Below are positions 27,740-36,725 of a stretch of 64,000 bases of DNA, one piece after another. Under the pieces are notes generated by a model that made no database searches, had not been told where the DNA came from, and was given only the letters and a program-made list of their open reading frames with translations. Location of the stretch: assembly GCA_963422655.1 (NCBI GenBank), contig OY730440.1, forward strand, positions 1,908,054-1,972,053. The letters run 5' to 3'. Position 1 is the stretch's first letter. Each line of letters begins with the position of its first letter. The stretch is from Acidimicrobiales bacterium (GTDB taxonomy: Bacteria > Actinomycetota > Acidimicrobiia > Acidimicrobiales > Aldehydirespiratoraceae). The position numbers were made by a program, and so were the translations under genes.

Positions 27740-28978
27740 ATGAGCGAGGCCCACGAGCTCGTCGCCGGGCTCGACCTGTACGATCCCACCTTCATAGCCG
27801 ACCCTTACCCTCGGCTCGGCCAGCTCCGGGAAGTGACGCCGGTGTTCCGCAACGAGCTGACCGGCCAATGGATGCTCACCCGGTTCGACGACGTGCACGA
27901 GACACTGAGGGATCGTCGGCTGGGCCGCACCTACCACCACCGCTACACCGACAGCGAGCTGCCGGGCCCCGGACCGGATCCGCGTTGGGCCTCGTTCAAC
28001 CAGCACGAGAGATGGTCGTTGTTGAGTCTTGAACCCCCCGACCACAGTCGCATACGGCGGCTGGTCTCGAAGGTGTTCACCCCCCGATCGGTGACGGTGC
28101 TGCTCCCTGTCATCTCCGCGCTTTCCCAAGAGTTACTGGGTAGATGCCGGGAACTGCAGAGTTTCGACCTGCTGGCCGACTACGCCCAACCCTTCTCTGT
28201 AGGGGTTATCTGCTCGGTGCTGGGCGTTCCACATCGTGACACCCACCGCTTGCTCGATTGGTCCCATGCCATCGTCAAGATGTATGAGTTGGCGGCCACG
28301 GACGAAATGAAGATCCGAGCCGACCGAGCCGCTGGTGAGTTCATCGACTACACGCGGGCGCTGATCGAGGACAAACGTCGAACCCCCGACGGATTGCTGG
28401 TCTCGAACCTGGCTCGGGCCACCGATGGCGGTGACCGGCTCACCACCGACGAGATCGTCTCCACCACGATGGTCCTGCTCGAAGCCGGTCACGAAGCCAC
28501 CGTCAACACCCTGGGGAACGGGATGAGGGCGTTGCTGACCCATCGTGACCAGTGGCAGCGGTTGATCGGCGGAGAGGTGGATCCGGCCACCGCGGTGGAA
28601 GAACTGCTGCGTTACGACTCTCCCTTGCAGATGTTCGACCGATGGGTTCTCGAACCCGGTGTCGAGATCGCGGGCCAGTCCATGGCCGTGGGCGAAGTGG
28701 TGGCCATGCTCTTCGGGTCGGCCCAGCGTGATCCCCGTCGATTCGACGCTCCCGACCGGTTCGATATTGGTCGGGGTGATCCCGCCCACATCGGTTTTGG
28801 TGGAGGCATCCATTTTTGCGTGGGAGCGCCGCTGGCTCGCCAAGAGCTGGCCGTGGCGCTCTCGGATCTCAGCCGGTGGTTCACCAATCTGGAACTTGCG
28901 GCCGAACCGGTCCATCACCCGACGTTCGTGCACCGCGGCCTCACCGAACTGCGGTTGGCGAGCTCCCGGAACCGGTGA
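27740..28978 (+). CDS. Cytochrome P450
   Basis: AGHEAT, EELLR, FGGGIHFCVG. Confidence 0.96.
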   Translation: MSEAHELVAGLDLYDPTFIADPYPRLGQLREVTPVFRNELTGQWMLTRFDDVHETLRDRRLGRTYHHRYTDSELPGPGPDPRWASFNQHERWSLLSLEPPDHSRIRRLVSKVFTPRSVTVLLPVISALSQELLGRCRELQSFDLLADYAQPFSVGVICSVLGVPHRDTHRLLDWSHAIVKMYELAATDEMKIRADRAAGEFIDYTRALIEDKRRTPDGLLVSNLARATDGGDRLTTDEIVSTTMVLLEAGHEATVNTLGNGMRALLTHRDQWQRLIGGEVDPATAVEELLRYDSPLQMFDRWVLEPGVEIAGQSMAVGEVVAMLFGSAQRDPRRFDAPDRFDIGRGDPAHIGFGGGIHFCVGAPLARQELAVALSDLSRWFTNLELAAEPVHHPTFVHRGLTELRLASSRNR

Positions 28979-29008
28979 TCGCGATGCTGCTGACGTCGAT
29001 GAGAGGTT

Positions 29009-29398
29009 TCACCGAGCTGCGGTCGGTGAAACCCCGGGCGGTTCGAACCGGTGCGACTCCAAGTCGCTGCGGCTGATCCACTCCAGGGTCCGGGCGTGGG
29101 TCGCTTCGAGGACTACCGGAGGCGCGACCCCCGCTTCGAGCGCCTCGGCCCAGCGCGACGCGCCCAGACACCACCGATCACCGGGGCGAAGCCCAGCGAA
29201 ACCGATCTGGGGGTGAGGCGTCGCCAAGTCGTTGCCAACCGCGGCGGAGAACTCGAGAAACTCGGCGGTGACCACCGCGCACACGGTGTGCACGCCGTGG
29301 TCATTGCCACCGGTGTTGCAGCACCCGTCCCGGAACCAGCCCGTGAGCGGGTCATGAGAACAGGGCTGGAGTTCTTGGCCCAATACGCTCTGCGCCAT
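29009..29398 (-). CDS. DUF2237 family protein
   Basis: PCS.DPLTGWFRDGCC, HTVCA, GNDL.TP, GDRWC. Confidence 0.88.
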   Translation of the reverse strand: MAQSVLGQELQPCSHDPLTGWFRDGCCNTGGNDHGVHTVCAVVTAEFLEFSAAVGNDLATPHPQIGFAGLRPGDRWCLGASRWAEALEAGVAPPVVLEATHARTLEWISRSDLESHRFEPPGVSPTAAR

Positions 29399-29455
29399 GT
29401 GAGGAGTCTGGCATACCCACCGGCCCCGAAGCACCCGAACGGGAGAGTTCGCGGC

Positions 29456-29493
29456 GCCGACCGGCCATTACCGAGCCGACCGGCCATTACCGA
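29456..29493. repeat. Perfect 19-bp tandem duplication GCCGACCGGCCATTACCGA x2
   Basis: Read directly. Confidence 0.88.
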
Positions 29494-29508
29494 GGTTCGG
29501 TAGGTACT

Positions 29509-29745
29509 GTGGATCGGGTGGGCGATGCTTCTGATCGGCTGAGCGAAAGTAGCGAAACCAACGGCGAGCTGACCCACCTGAAGCAGGATCTGGACCGCGT
29601 CGAGTCGGTGATGGCTGCCCTCGACGCCGGCGAGCGGGCCGAAGCCGAAGCTTTGGTCTCCGAATTGGCTCGCCGAACCGAAATGAGTTCGCCTCACCCC
29701 GCTCGAGCTTCCGGTATCTCGGCCAAGTCGTCGGAGGGGTCGTGA
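29509..29745 (+). CDS. Small helical hypothetical protein
   Basis: Amphipathic coiled-coil-like core; fills the gap between genes; 3' overlap with the convergent gene. Confidence 0.45.
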   Translation: MDRVGDASDRLSESSETNGELTHLKQDLDRVESVMAALDAGERAEAEALVSELARRTEMSSPHPARASGISAKSSEGS

Positions 29746-30293
29746 GCGAGCGGCGTCGGCGGTGCCGCAGGCGCTGGAGTCGGCGGTATCTCGGCCAAGT
29801 CGTCGAAGGCGAGGAGGTAGCCCGCAGCCCGTTCCGAGAGCGGATTGCGATTCACGAGCTCGTAGAAGGCAGCCGAGTGGTCGGGCACGACGAGATGGGC
29901 CAGCTCGTGGACGATCACGTAGTCGAGCACCCACGGCGGCACTTCCGTCAGCCGGCTCGATATGCGGATGTGTCCCGTCCCGGTCGTGCATGATCCCCAG
30001 CGATAACGCTGATTGGTGGACCAACGAATGGAGACGGGTTCGGGCAGATCGAACCGGTGAGCCACTCGGCGGGCTCGGTCTTCGAGGTCGACGTTGTAAC
30101 AGCGGCGCTCTTTCTCCATGCGGGCGACGATGCCGGAGACGGTTCGGTGCTCCTCTTCGGGCGACATCCAGTCGGGGATGCGGATTTGGACGACGCCTTT
30201 CACGATGCGGGCCGAAACAGTTTTGATCCGTTTGGCGCTGCGGATGACCCGCACCGGATACCCACCCCGCCAAGCCGGGAGGTCAGCGGTCAC
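29694..30293 (-). CDS. M48/YgjP (DUF45) family metallohydrolase
   Basis: RWGSC, YVIVHELAH, H...F; GTGA overlap with the upstream gene. Confidence 0.88.
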   Translation of the reverse strand: MTADLPAWRGGYPVRVIRSAKRIKTVSARIVKGVVQIRIPDWMSPEEEHRTVSGIVARMEKERRCYNVDLEDRARRVAHRFDLPEPVSIRWSTNQRYRWGSCTTGTGHIRISSRLTEVPPWVLDYVIVHELAHLVVPDHSAAFYELVNRNPLSERAAGYLLAFDDLAEIPPTPAPAAPPTPLAHDPSDDLAEIPEARAG

Positions 30294-30883
30294 CGGGTCT
30301 CCGTGACAGCCGGATCGGCGTCGTGTCCGACCAGGGTCACCCGGCGGCCCAGGTGGGACCGCCCGGCGCCGACGGCGAACCAGCGACCGTGGAGGTGGTC
30401 GATCCGTCCAGAATCGTCGCCGAGATGGCGTTCCAACCCGTAGATGACACCGGCGTGGGAGACAGCGAGAACATGGCCCGATCCGCTCCCGTCGGATATC
30501 CGATGCAGTGCGGCCAAGGCTCGATTCGCTACCGACGAGTCGGGTTCCCACCCGGGCGGGTACCGGCCCTGGTCGATATGACCGGGATAGTCCCGCTCGA
30601 TCTCGGCCCGAGTGAGACCCTGCCAGGCCCCGGCATCGCGCTCGCGCCAGTCGGCATCGACGGTGACCGGCCCCACCTCGAGCACCTCGGCTATCAAGAC
30701 CGCAGTGGCGTGGGCCCGGTCGAGATCGCTGGTCACCACGGAGTCGATGCCGTTCAATGCCGCGGCTGCAGCCCGGGCCTGGACCATCCCGGTGTGGGTC
30801 AGAGGTGGATCGGCTTGGCCCTGCCATCGGCCGGACTGATTCCACTCCGACTGGGCATGCCGGATGACCAAGATGTTCAACAT
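30290..30883 (-). CDS. Histidine phosphatase family protein
   Basis: RHAQSEWN, SDLDRA, VSHAG. Confidence 0.9.
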   Translation of the reverse strand: MLNILVIRHAQSEWNQSGRWQGQADPPLTHTGMVQARAAAAALNGIDSVVTSDLDRAHATAVLIAEVLEVGPVTVDADWRERDAGAWQGLTRAEIERDYPGHIDQGRYPPGWEPDSSVANRALAALHRISDGSGSGHVLAVSHAGVIYGLERHLGDDSGRIDHLHGRWFAVGAGRSHLGRRVTLVGHDADPAVTETR

Positions 30884-30956
30884 GACGAGGCCTGACCGTA
30901 CCGGTAGCCGTTGACAGCCTCGCGGATGGGCCCAGGAAAGGGTTAGCATCGTCGTC

Positions 30957-31262
30957 GTGGCCAAGCTCCGGCTGTTCGCCTCGGCCAGAGAGATGGCCGG
31001 TCGCAGTCACGACACCATACCCGGCGCCACGGTTCGAGAGGTGCTGGAATGCGCCTGCGAACGCTACGGTCGGGACTTTGCGGGTCTGTTGGAGATATGC
31101 CAGGTGTGGCTGAACGGCGAGCCGGTCGGGTCCGGCGAACCGGTCGACGACAGCGACGAGGTCGCAGTGCTGCCTCCCGTTTCAGGGGGTGACGGCCCGG
31201 CCCGGCCGTCACTGGCTGGGCTCGGCGAACCGACCTCCAGCGTTACCCTGCCCGGTTCGTGA
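30957..31262 (+). CDS. MoaD/ThiS sulfur carrier (GG not terminal as written)
   Basis: LFA..RE.AG, NG, DEVAVLPPVSGG followed by 23 extra residues. Confidence 0.85.
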   Translation: MAKLRLFASAREMAGRSHDTIPGATVREVLECACERYGRDFAGLLEICQVWLNGEPVGSGEPVDDSDEVAVLPPVSGGDGPARPSLAGLGEPTSSVTLPGS

Positions 31263-32476
31263 TCCGCGTCGCGGCCCTGTCGCTGCACACGTCACCTCTG
31301 GTGCAGCCCGGACGGGGCGATGCAGGCGGGATGAATGTCTACGTTCGCGAGCTCGTCTCGTCTCTGGCCCAGACCGGCGTGGAGACCACCGTGTTCGTGC
31401 GGCGATGGTCCGATGCTCCCGATGTCGTAGAGGTCGAGCCCGGCTTCAGGGTCGTCCACATCGACGCCGGTCCTTCGGACCTGGCCAAGGGAGCGCTGCT
31501 GTCCGTCGTCGACCGGTATGCCGACGGTGTGCGGGCCTGTCTCGATGGGTACGAGACCGACGTTCTGCACGCCAACTACTGGCTCTCGGGGGTGGCCGGG
31601 CACCGGCTCAAGCACGAGCTCGGGCTTCCTCTCGTCTCCACCTTCCACACCTTGGCCCGGGTCAAGGCCGAGACCGGGGACCCCGAACCGCAGCGCCGGG
31701 TCGAGGCCGAAGCCGAGGTGGCGGCCTGCTCCGACGTGATCACCGCCAACTCCGGGGTCGAGTCCCGCCAGCTCGAGGAACTCTACGGCGCCGATCCGGC
31801 CCGCGTCCATATCGTGCCCCCGGGCGTGGATCACGCCTTCTTCTCGCCCGGGGACCGGGGCGGAGCCCGGGTTGCGCTCGGTTTGGGTGCGGGGCCGATT
31901 CTGCTGTTCGTCGGTCGTATCCAGCCCCTCAAGGGTCTCGACGTGGCTGTCGGCACCTTGGCCCGTCTGGTCGAGTCGGGCCACCCCGATGCCCGGCTGC
32001 TCGTCGTCGGCGGCGCCTCGGGCCGTGAGGGCGAAAGAGAGTTGCGCCGCATCAGTAGAAAGGTTCGCCAGCTCGGGCGGGCGGATCGGATCGACTTCGT
32101 TGCGCCCCGCCCCCATCACCTGCTGTCCACCTACTACCGTGCTGCCGACGTGTGCTTGGTACCGAGCCGGTCGGAGTCTTTCGGTCTGGTCGCCTTGGAG
32201 TCGGCTGCCTGCGGCACGCCGGTGGTGGCCGCTGACGTCGGCGGCCTCCGGACCCTCGTGGACCATGGCCGGACCGGCCATCTGGTGGGTAGTCGCCACC
32301 CGGGCGACTATGCCGCTTTGGTCGATCGGATACTGACCGACCCCGACCATGCCGATGCCCTGTCTCGAAACGGGGTCGCGATGTCCAGTCGATACACTTG
32401 GGCCGCCACCGCCGCTCGCCTCGAGCGGATCTACCGCGATCTCTGGGCCCGTCGGCTCGTGGACTGCATGGCCTGA
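31259..32476 (+). CDS. mshA: D-inositol-3-phosphate glycosyltransferase
   Basis: HTSPL.QPG.GDAGGMNVY, YWLSG, GRIQPLKG, ESFGLVALE; followed by ybjN. Confidence 0.88.
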   Translation: MIRVAALSLHTSPLVQPGRGDAGGMNVYVRELVSSLAQTGVETTVFVRRWSDAPDVVEVEPGFRVVHIDAGPSDLAKGALLSVVDRYADGVRACLDGYETDVLHANYWLSGVAGHRLKHELGLPLVSTFHTLARVKAETGDPEPQRRVEAEAEVAACSDVITANSGVESRQLEELYGADPARVHIVPPGVDHAFFSPGDRGGARVALGLGAGPILLFVGRIQPLKGLDVAVGTLARLVESGHPDARLLVVGGASGREGERELRRISRKVRQLGRADRIDFVAPRPHHLLSTYYRAADVCLVPSRSESFGLVALESAACGTPVVAADVGGLRTLVDHGRTGHLVGSRHPGDYAALVDRILTDPDHADALSRNGVAMSSRYTWAATAARLERIYRDLWARRLVDCMA

Positions 32477-32484
32477 GGCCTGAG

Positions 32485-32949
32485 GTGGAAACGGCGCCCG
32501 CTTCTCCTGACGAGCTGGACCGGTACGAAGCGTTCATCGACTCGTGGCTGGAGGCCGAAGCCGACAACAACTGCACTATCGACGCGGTCGAGCGCCCGCC
32601 GGCGGGAGAGCGGCGTTGGTACGTGCGCATTCACGGCGAAGAGAAGGACGTGTGGACCATCTGGTTCACGCTGGGCCAGCGCACCCTGCGCTACACGACC
32701 TACCTGGTTCCGGCGCCCGAGGAGAATCATGCCCGTTTCTACGAGCATCTTCTGCGCCGCAACCGGGGCCTGACCGGGCCAAAACTCGAAATCGGCCCCG
32801 AGGATGCCGTGTATCTGTCCGGGGCCGTTCCGCTGGCTCACGTCACCTCTGCCGGCCTCGATCATATTCTGGGGTCGATGTATGCCGCGGTGGAGTTGAT
32901 CTTCCGGCCCGCCATGCGCATCGGGTACGCCTCGAGGTTCAAGGGCTGA
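32485..32949 (+). CDS. YbjN-domain protein
   Basis: GEEK, PEENH..FY..LLRRN; conserved position after mshA. Confidence 0.82.
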   Translation: METAPASPDELDRYEAFIDSWLEAEADNNCTIDAVERPPAGERRWYVRIHGEEKDVWTIWFTLGQRTLRYTTYLVPAPEENHARFYEHLLRRNRGLTGPKLEIGPEDAVYLSGAVPLAHVTSAGLDHILGSMYAAVELIFRPAMRIGYASRFKG

Positions 32950-32975
32950 ACGGCGGCGACTGCCCCGTCCCGGCA

Positions 32976-33114
32976 TCCGTAAATTGATTTGCATTCTAAT
33001 ATATTTCAGATCATTCTGATCATATTCCGGTGGAGTGACTGCAGCGGACGTTCGGGGAAGTGCGACCGATGCTCGCTCCACCGGAATGAGTACCCGGGTG
33101 TTCACCTAGCATGG
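32976..33114 (+). repeat. 139-bp direct repeat, copy 1 (promoter + hairpin)
   Basis: Identical to 33278-33416. Confidence 0.95.
33024..33087 (+). ncRNA. Candidate hairpin sRNA, copy 1 (copy 2 at 33326-33389)
   Basis: 12-bp perfect stem ATTCCGGTGGAG/CTCCACCGGAAT starting at the predicted +1 of TTGCAT-17-CATTCT. Confidence 0.55.
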
Positions 33115-33119
33115 CGGGT

Positions 33120-33281
33120 CCGTTTCTCCTGACGAGCTGGACCGGTACGGAGCGTTCATCGACTCGTGGCTGGAGGCCGAAGCCGACAACAACTGCATCT
33201 TCTGCGGCGCAACCGGGGACTGACCGGGCCAAAACTCGAAATCGGCCCGAGGATGCCGTGTATCTGTCCGGGGCCGTTCCG
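33120..33281 (+). pseudogene. Decayed second copy of ybjN
   Basis: Two fragments matching ~32498-32576 and ~32745-32831, with substitutions and an indel. Confidence 0.9.
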
Positions 33282-33416
33282 TAAATTGATTTGCATTCTA
33301 ATATATTTCAGATCATTCTGATCATATTCCGGTGGAGTGACTGCAGCGGACGTTCGGGGAAGTGCGACCGATGCTCGCTCCACCGGAATGAGTACCCGGG
33401 TGTTCACCTAGCATGG
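33278..33416 (+). repeat. 139-bp direct repeat, copy 2
   Basis: Identical to 32976-33114. Confidence 0.95.
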
Positions 33417-33421
33417 TGGGC

Positions 33422-34210
33422 GTGACCCGGCTTCAGGTGATCGGTGGCGGAAGGATGGGCGAAGCCCTGCTGGCGGGGCTGATCGCCTGCGACTGGGCGG
33501 CACCGACCGACTTTTACGTCGTCGAACCCAACCAGACCCGCCGGGCCGAGTTGGCTGTGACGGTGCCGGGCCTGGCGCTGGGCACCGCCCCTGTCAGCGG
33601 CGTCGATGCGGTCATCGCGGTGAAGCCGGATCTCGTAACCGCCGTTCTGCCCGGTCTGGCCGCGGCTGGGGTGGGCCGGGTGCTGTCGATCGCGGCCGGA
33701 GCTCGAACCGGTGCCATAGAGTCCTGCCTCCCGGCCGGAATCCCGGTCATCAGATGCATGCCCAATACTCCGGCGCTGGTGGGCAGGGCCGCCACTGCAA
33801 TTGCCGCCGGCAGTTCGGCCACCGCCGACGACTTGGCCTGGGCCACTTCGATACTGGCCGCGGTCGGGGTCGTCGTCATCGTGGACGAGGCCGATCTCGA
33901 TGCCGTGACCGGATTGTCCGGCAGCGGGCCGGCTTACCTGTTCGAGCTGGCCGAGGCTCTGCGGGCCGCCGGTGTGGCTCAAGGGCTCGACGCCGGGATC
34001 GCTGACGTCCTCACCCGTCAGACCCTGCTGGGAGCGGCTACCATGCTGGCCGGCTCCGACCGGGACCCGGCCCAGCTCCGGTCCGACGTAACGTCCCCCG
34101 GCGGCACGACCGCCGCCGGTTTGGCCGTTCTGGCCGAGGCCGGCTTCGAGAGACTCTTCGACCGGGTGGTCGCGGCGGCGACGGAACGATCCCGCGAGCT
34201 GGCCGGATGA
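33422..34210 (+). CDS. proC: Pyrroline-5-carboxylate reductase
   Basis: GGGRMG, AVKP, RCMPNTP, GSGPAY, TSPGGTT. Start either ATG 33413 or leaderless GTG 33422. Confidence 0.96.
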   Translation: MTRLQVIGGGRMGEALLAGLIACDWAAPTDFYVVEPNQTRRAELAVTVPGLALGTAPVSGVDAVIAVKPDLVTAVLPGLAAAGVGRVLSIAAGARTGAIESCLPAGIPVIRCMPNTPALVGRAATAIAAGSSATADDLAWATSILAAVGVVVIVDEADLDAVTGLSGSGPAYLFELAEALRAAGVAQGLDAGIADVLTRQTLLGAATMLAGSDRDPAQLRSDVTSPGGTTAAGLAVLAEAGFERLFDRVVAAATERSRELAG

Positions 34211-35085
34211 GCCGCTACGGCACGGTTTCCTTTCTCTCCGATTTCGGACTCGAAGACGAGTTCGTCGGCGTCGTGCATTCCGTTATCGCTTCGATTGCCC
34301 CAGAAGTGCGGGTAATCGACATCACTCACGGCATCGCCGCCCACGATGTTCGGGCCGGGGGTCTGGCTCTGGCCCGGGCTGTTGCCTACCTGAACCGGGG
34401 TGTGGTGCTGGCTGTGGTCGACCCTGGGGTCGGGTCCGATCGCCGCCGAATCGCGATCGAGGTGGGGGAGGGGTCCTCGGTGTTGGTCGGTCCCGACAAT
34501 GGCCTGCTGGCGCCGGCCGTCGCCCTGGTCGGTGGCGCCGCCCGGGCGGTGGAGCTGACCAGCGGCGATCACCGGCTCGGTGCGCCCGGTGCCACCTTCG
34601 ACGGTCGTGACGTATTCGCTCCGGCCGCGGCTCATCTCTGCCTGGGAGTTCCCCTCGACGAGCTGGGTCCGGAGGTGGACCCGGCCTCGCTCACCCCTGG
34701 CCTGTTACCGGTATCGCGTCACCACGACGGCGAACTGGTAGCCGAGGTCCTCTGGGTCGATCGATACGGCAATTGCCAGCTCAACCTGGATCCCGGCGAT
34801 CTGGCCCGAATGGGGCCAGTCGTCCAGATGGTGATCGGAGACGAGCTGCGTACCGCTGAGGTGGTAACCGCCTACGAAGCCATCGGCCCGGGTCGGATCG
34901 GCCTGGTCACCGACTCGTACGGCCTGGTGTCGATGGCGGGAGCTCGCCGGTCGACCGCAGCCGAGCTCGGGATCGTAGAAGGGGCGTTGGTTCGGATCCG
35001 TCCGCCTCACGACGGCGAGCCCGTCGGCGTCGCCACCTCGGTGGCCCTGGGGCGTCACCGAGATGATCGACAGGGTGACCGATGA
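34207..35085 (+). CDS. SAM hydrolase / SAM-dependent halogenase family (DUF62)
   Basis: SDFG..D, DITH, VVDPGVG..RR, GPDNG, TFDGRDVF, DRYGN. Confidence 0.92.
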   Translation: MSRYGTVSFLSDFGLEDEFVGVVHSVIASIAPEVRVIDITHGIAAHDVRAGGLALARAVAYLNRGVVLAVVDPGVGSDRRRIAIEVGEGSSVLVGPDNGLLAPAVALVGGAARAVELTSGDHRLGAPGATFDGRDVFAPAAAHLCLGVPLDELGPEVDPASLTPGLLPVSRHHDGELVAEVLWVDRYGNCQLNLDPGDLARMGPVVQMVIGDELRTAEVVTAYEAIGPGRIGLVTDSYGLVSMAGARRSTAAELGIVEGALVRIRPPHDGEPVGVATSVALGRHRDDRQGDR

Positions 35086-35171
35086 GGCGAGGGACCACTG
35101 TCGTTATCGTCGTATTGCTGGTGGCTATCCTCGCCGCCAGCGTTGTCCAGCTCTTCTGGCTGGCCCGTTGA
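35082..35171 (+). CDS. 29-aa single-TM small protein MRRGTTVVIVVLLVAILAASVVQLFWLAR
   Basis: ATGA overlap with the DUF62 stop; basic N-terminus plus hydrophobic helix; below the ORF-track cutoff. Confidence 0.65.
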   Translation: MRRGTTVVIVVLLVAILAASVVQLFWLAR

Positions 35172-35199
35172 GGTCGATCTCGACCCTGGAAGGACCAGC

Positions 35200-36705
35200 G
35201 TGAACCTCGCCACCATCATCGATGATCATCCCGACGGCCATACCGCCCTTGTCGCGGGCGGTGACCGCATCAGCTTCGGACGCCTTCGGAGTGAAGTGGC
35301 TGAGCTTCGGGGCGCGCTGAGGGCTCTGGGGCTGGAGCCGGGGGACCGGGTCGCAATCATCTGCGCCACCAATCCCCGTTTCGTCCGATCATGGCTGGCC
35401 GTGCTCGGTGCCGGCCTGGTTGCGGTTCCGCTCAATCCCTCCAGCCCTGGTCCCGAGCTCCAGCAGGAGTTGGCCGCGGTCGAAGCTCGAGCCGTAATCG
35501 TCGGACCGGCCGGTCAGGCTGCTTTCGCCTCGATAGACCGGTCCGAGCTCAGCGGCTTGGAGTATGTGTTGGTGGCGGCGGGCTCCGATCTTGCGGGTTC
35601 GACAGACATCGACGCCGCCGCCCGCACCGCAGAGCCGACGGCGGTGGTCGAGCGGGGCAACGACGACTTGGCCGCCTTGCTGTTCACGAGCGGAACTGCG
35701 GGATCGCCCCGGGCCGCTCGACTAACTCACGAGAACCTGTCCAGCAACATTCGCCAAGTGCAATCCCACCCGCTGCGGGCCGTGAGGGGCGACGACGTGG
35801 GTGTTTGCATCGTTCCGCTCTACCACGTGTTCGGTCTCAACGCTGTTCTCGACCCCTGCCTGTACGGCGGGGCCACCCTGGTTCTGGTCGAGCGCTTCGA
35901 CCCGGTCTCTCTGCTCGAGACCATCGCCACCGAGAATGTCTCGCTGCTGGTCGGCCCGCCCGCCATGTGGGCTGCCATCGTCGACCTCGATCCGCTTCCG
36001 GCCGTTTTCGAAGGCGTCCGGCTCGCCGTCTCAGGGGCGGCCGCCCTGCCCGAACGGGTTGCTCGGGCCGCCCGCGGGCTTGGGATACCCCTCAATGAGG
36101 GCTACGGCCTCACTGAAGCCAGCCCCAGCGTGACCGTCGGAACCGGTGACGGCGTGCCGATCGGCTCGATCGGTACGCCCATATACGGGGTGGAGCTGCG
36201 TCTGGTGGACGCCTCCGGCGCCGAAGTGCCCGCCGGTGACCCGGGCGAGATCTGGGTGCGCGGCCCCAACGTCTTCGACGGCTACTGGAACGACGTCGAG
36301 GCCACGGCCCGAGCCCTCGACGACCAACGTTGGTTGCATACCGGTGACATCGCCGTGACCGATGACGATGGCTTCCTCTACATCGTGGACCGCATCAAAG
36401 ACCTGATCATCGTGTCGGGGTTCAACGTGTACCCGGCCGAGGTGGAGACGGTTCTGGTCAGCCACGACGCCGTATGCGACGCGGCTGTGGTCGGAATCCC
36501 CCATCCCCACACCACCGAGGCGGTCAAGGCCTTCGTGGTAGTCGCTGGCCCCGAGGTCGAGGAGGATGAGCTCGTCGAGTGGTGCGCGGCTCGTCTGGCT
36601 CGCTACAAGTGTCCGACCAAGATCGATGTCGTCGATGAGATCCCTCGAGACGCCGCCGGTAAGCTTCGGCGTCGGGAGCTCGTCCAGTATCCGGATCACG
36701 GGTAG
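35200..36705 (+). CDS. Long-chain acyl-CoA ligase (AMP-binding)
   Basis: FTSGTAG.P, EGYGLTE, HTGD, DRIKD. Confidence 0.93.
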   Translation: MNLATIIDDHPDGHTALVAGGDRISFGRLRSEVAELRGALRALGLEPGDRVAIICATNPRFVRSWLAVLGAGLVAVPLNPSSPGPELQQELAAVEARAVIVGPAGQAAFASIDRSELSGLEYVLVAAGSDLAGSTDIDAAARTAEPTAVVERGNDDLAALLFTSGTAGSPRAARLTHENLSSNIRQVQSHPLRAVRGDDVGVCIVPLYHVFGLNAVLDPCLYGGATLVLVERFDPVSLLETIATENVSLLVGPPAMWAAIVDLDPLPAVFEGVRLAVSGAAALPERVARAARGLGIPLNEGYGLTEASPSVTVGTGDGVPIGSIGTPIYGVELRLVDASGAEVPAGDPGEIWVRGPNVFDGYWNDVEATARALDDQRWLHTGDIAVTDDDGFLYIVDRIKDLIIVSGFNVYPAEVETVLVSHDAVCDAAVVGIPHPHTTEAVKAFVVVAGPEVEEDELVEWCAARLARYKCPTKIDVVDEIPRDAAGKLRRRELVQYPDHG

Positions 36706-36725
36706 ACCCACCGCTAGGAGTCTGC

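Noticed and set aside
33051-33060. G-rich hairpin loop pairing with the C-rich sRNA at 10.8 kb
   Set aside because: Only about 5 bp of complementarity, expected by chance at this GC
32431-33407. Twin minus-strand ORFs starting MNTRVLIPVER
   Set aside because: By-products of the 139-bp repeat; antisense to ybjN with no protein-like features
32976-33416. CRISPR array or attL/attR pair
   Set aside because: Only two 139-bp copies; the spacer is decayed ybjN; no cas or integrase gene
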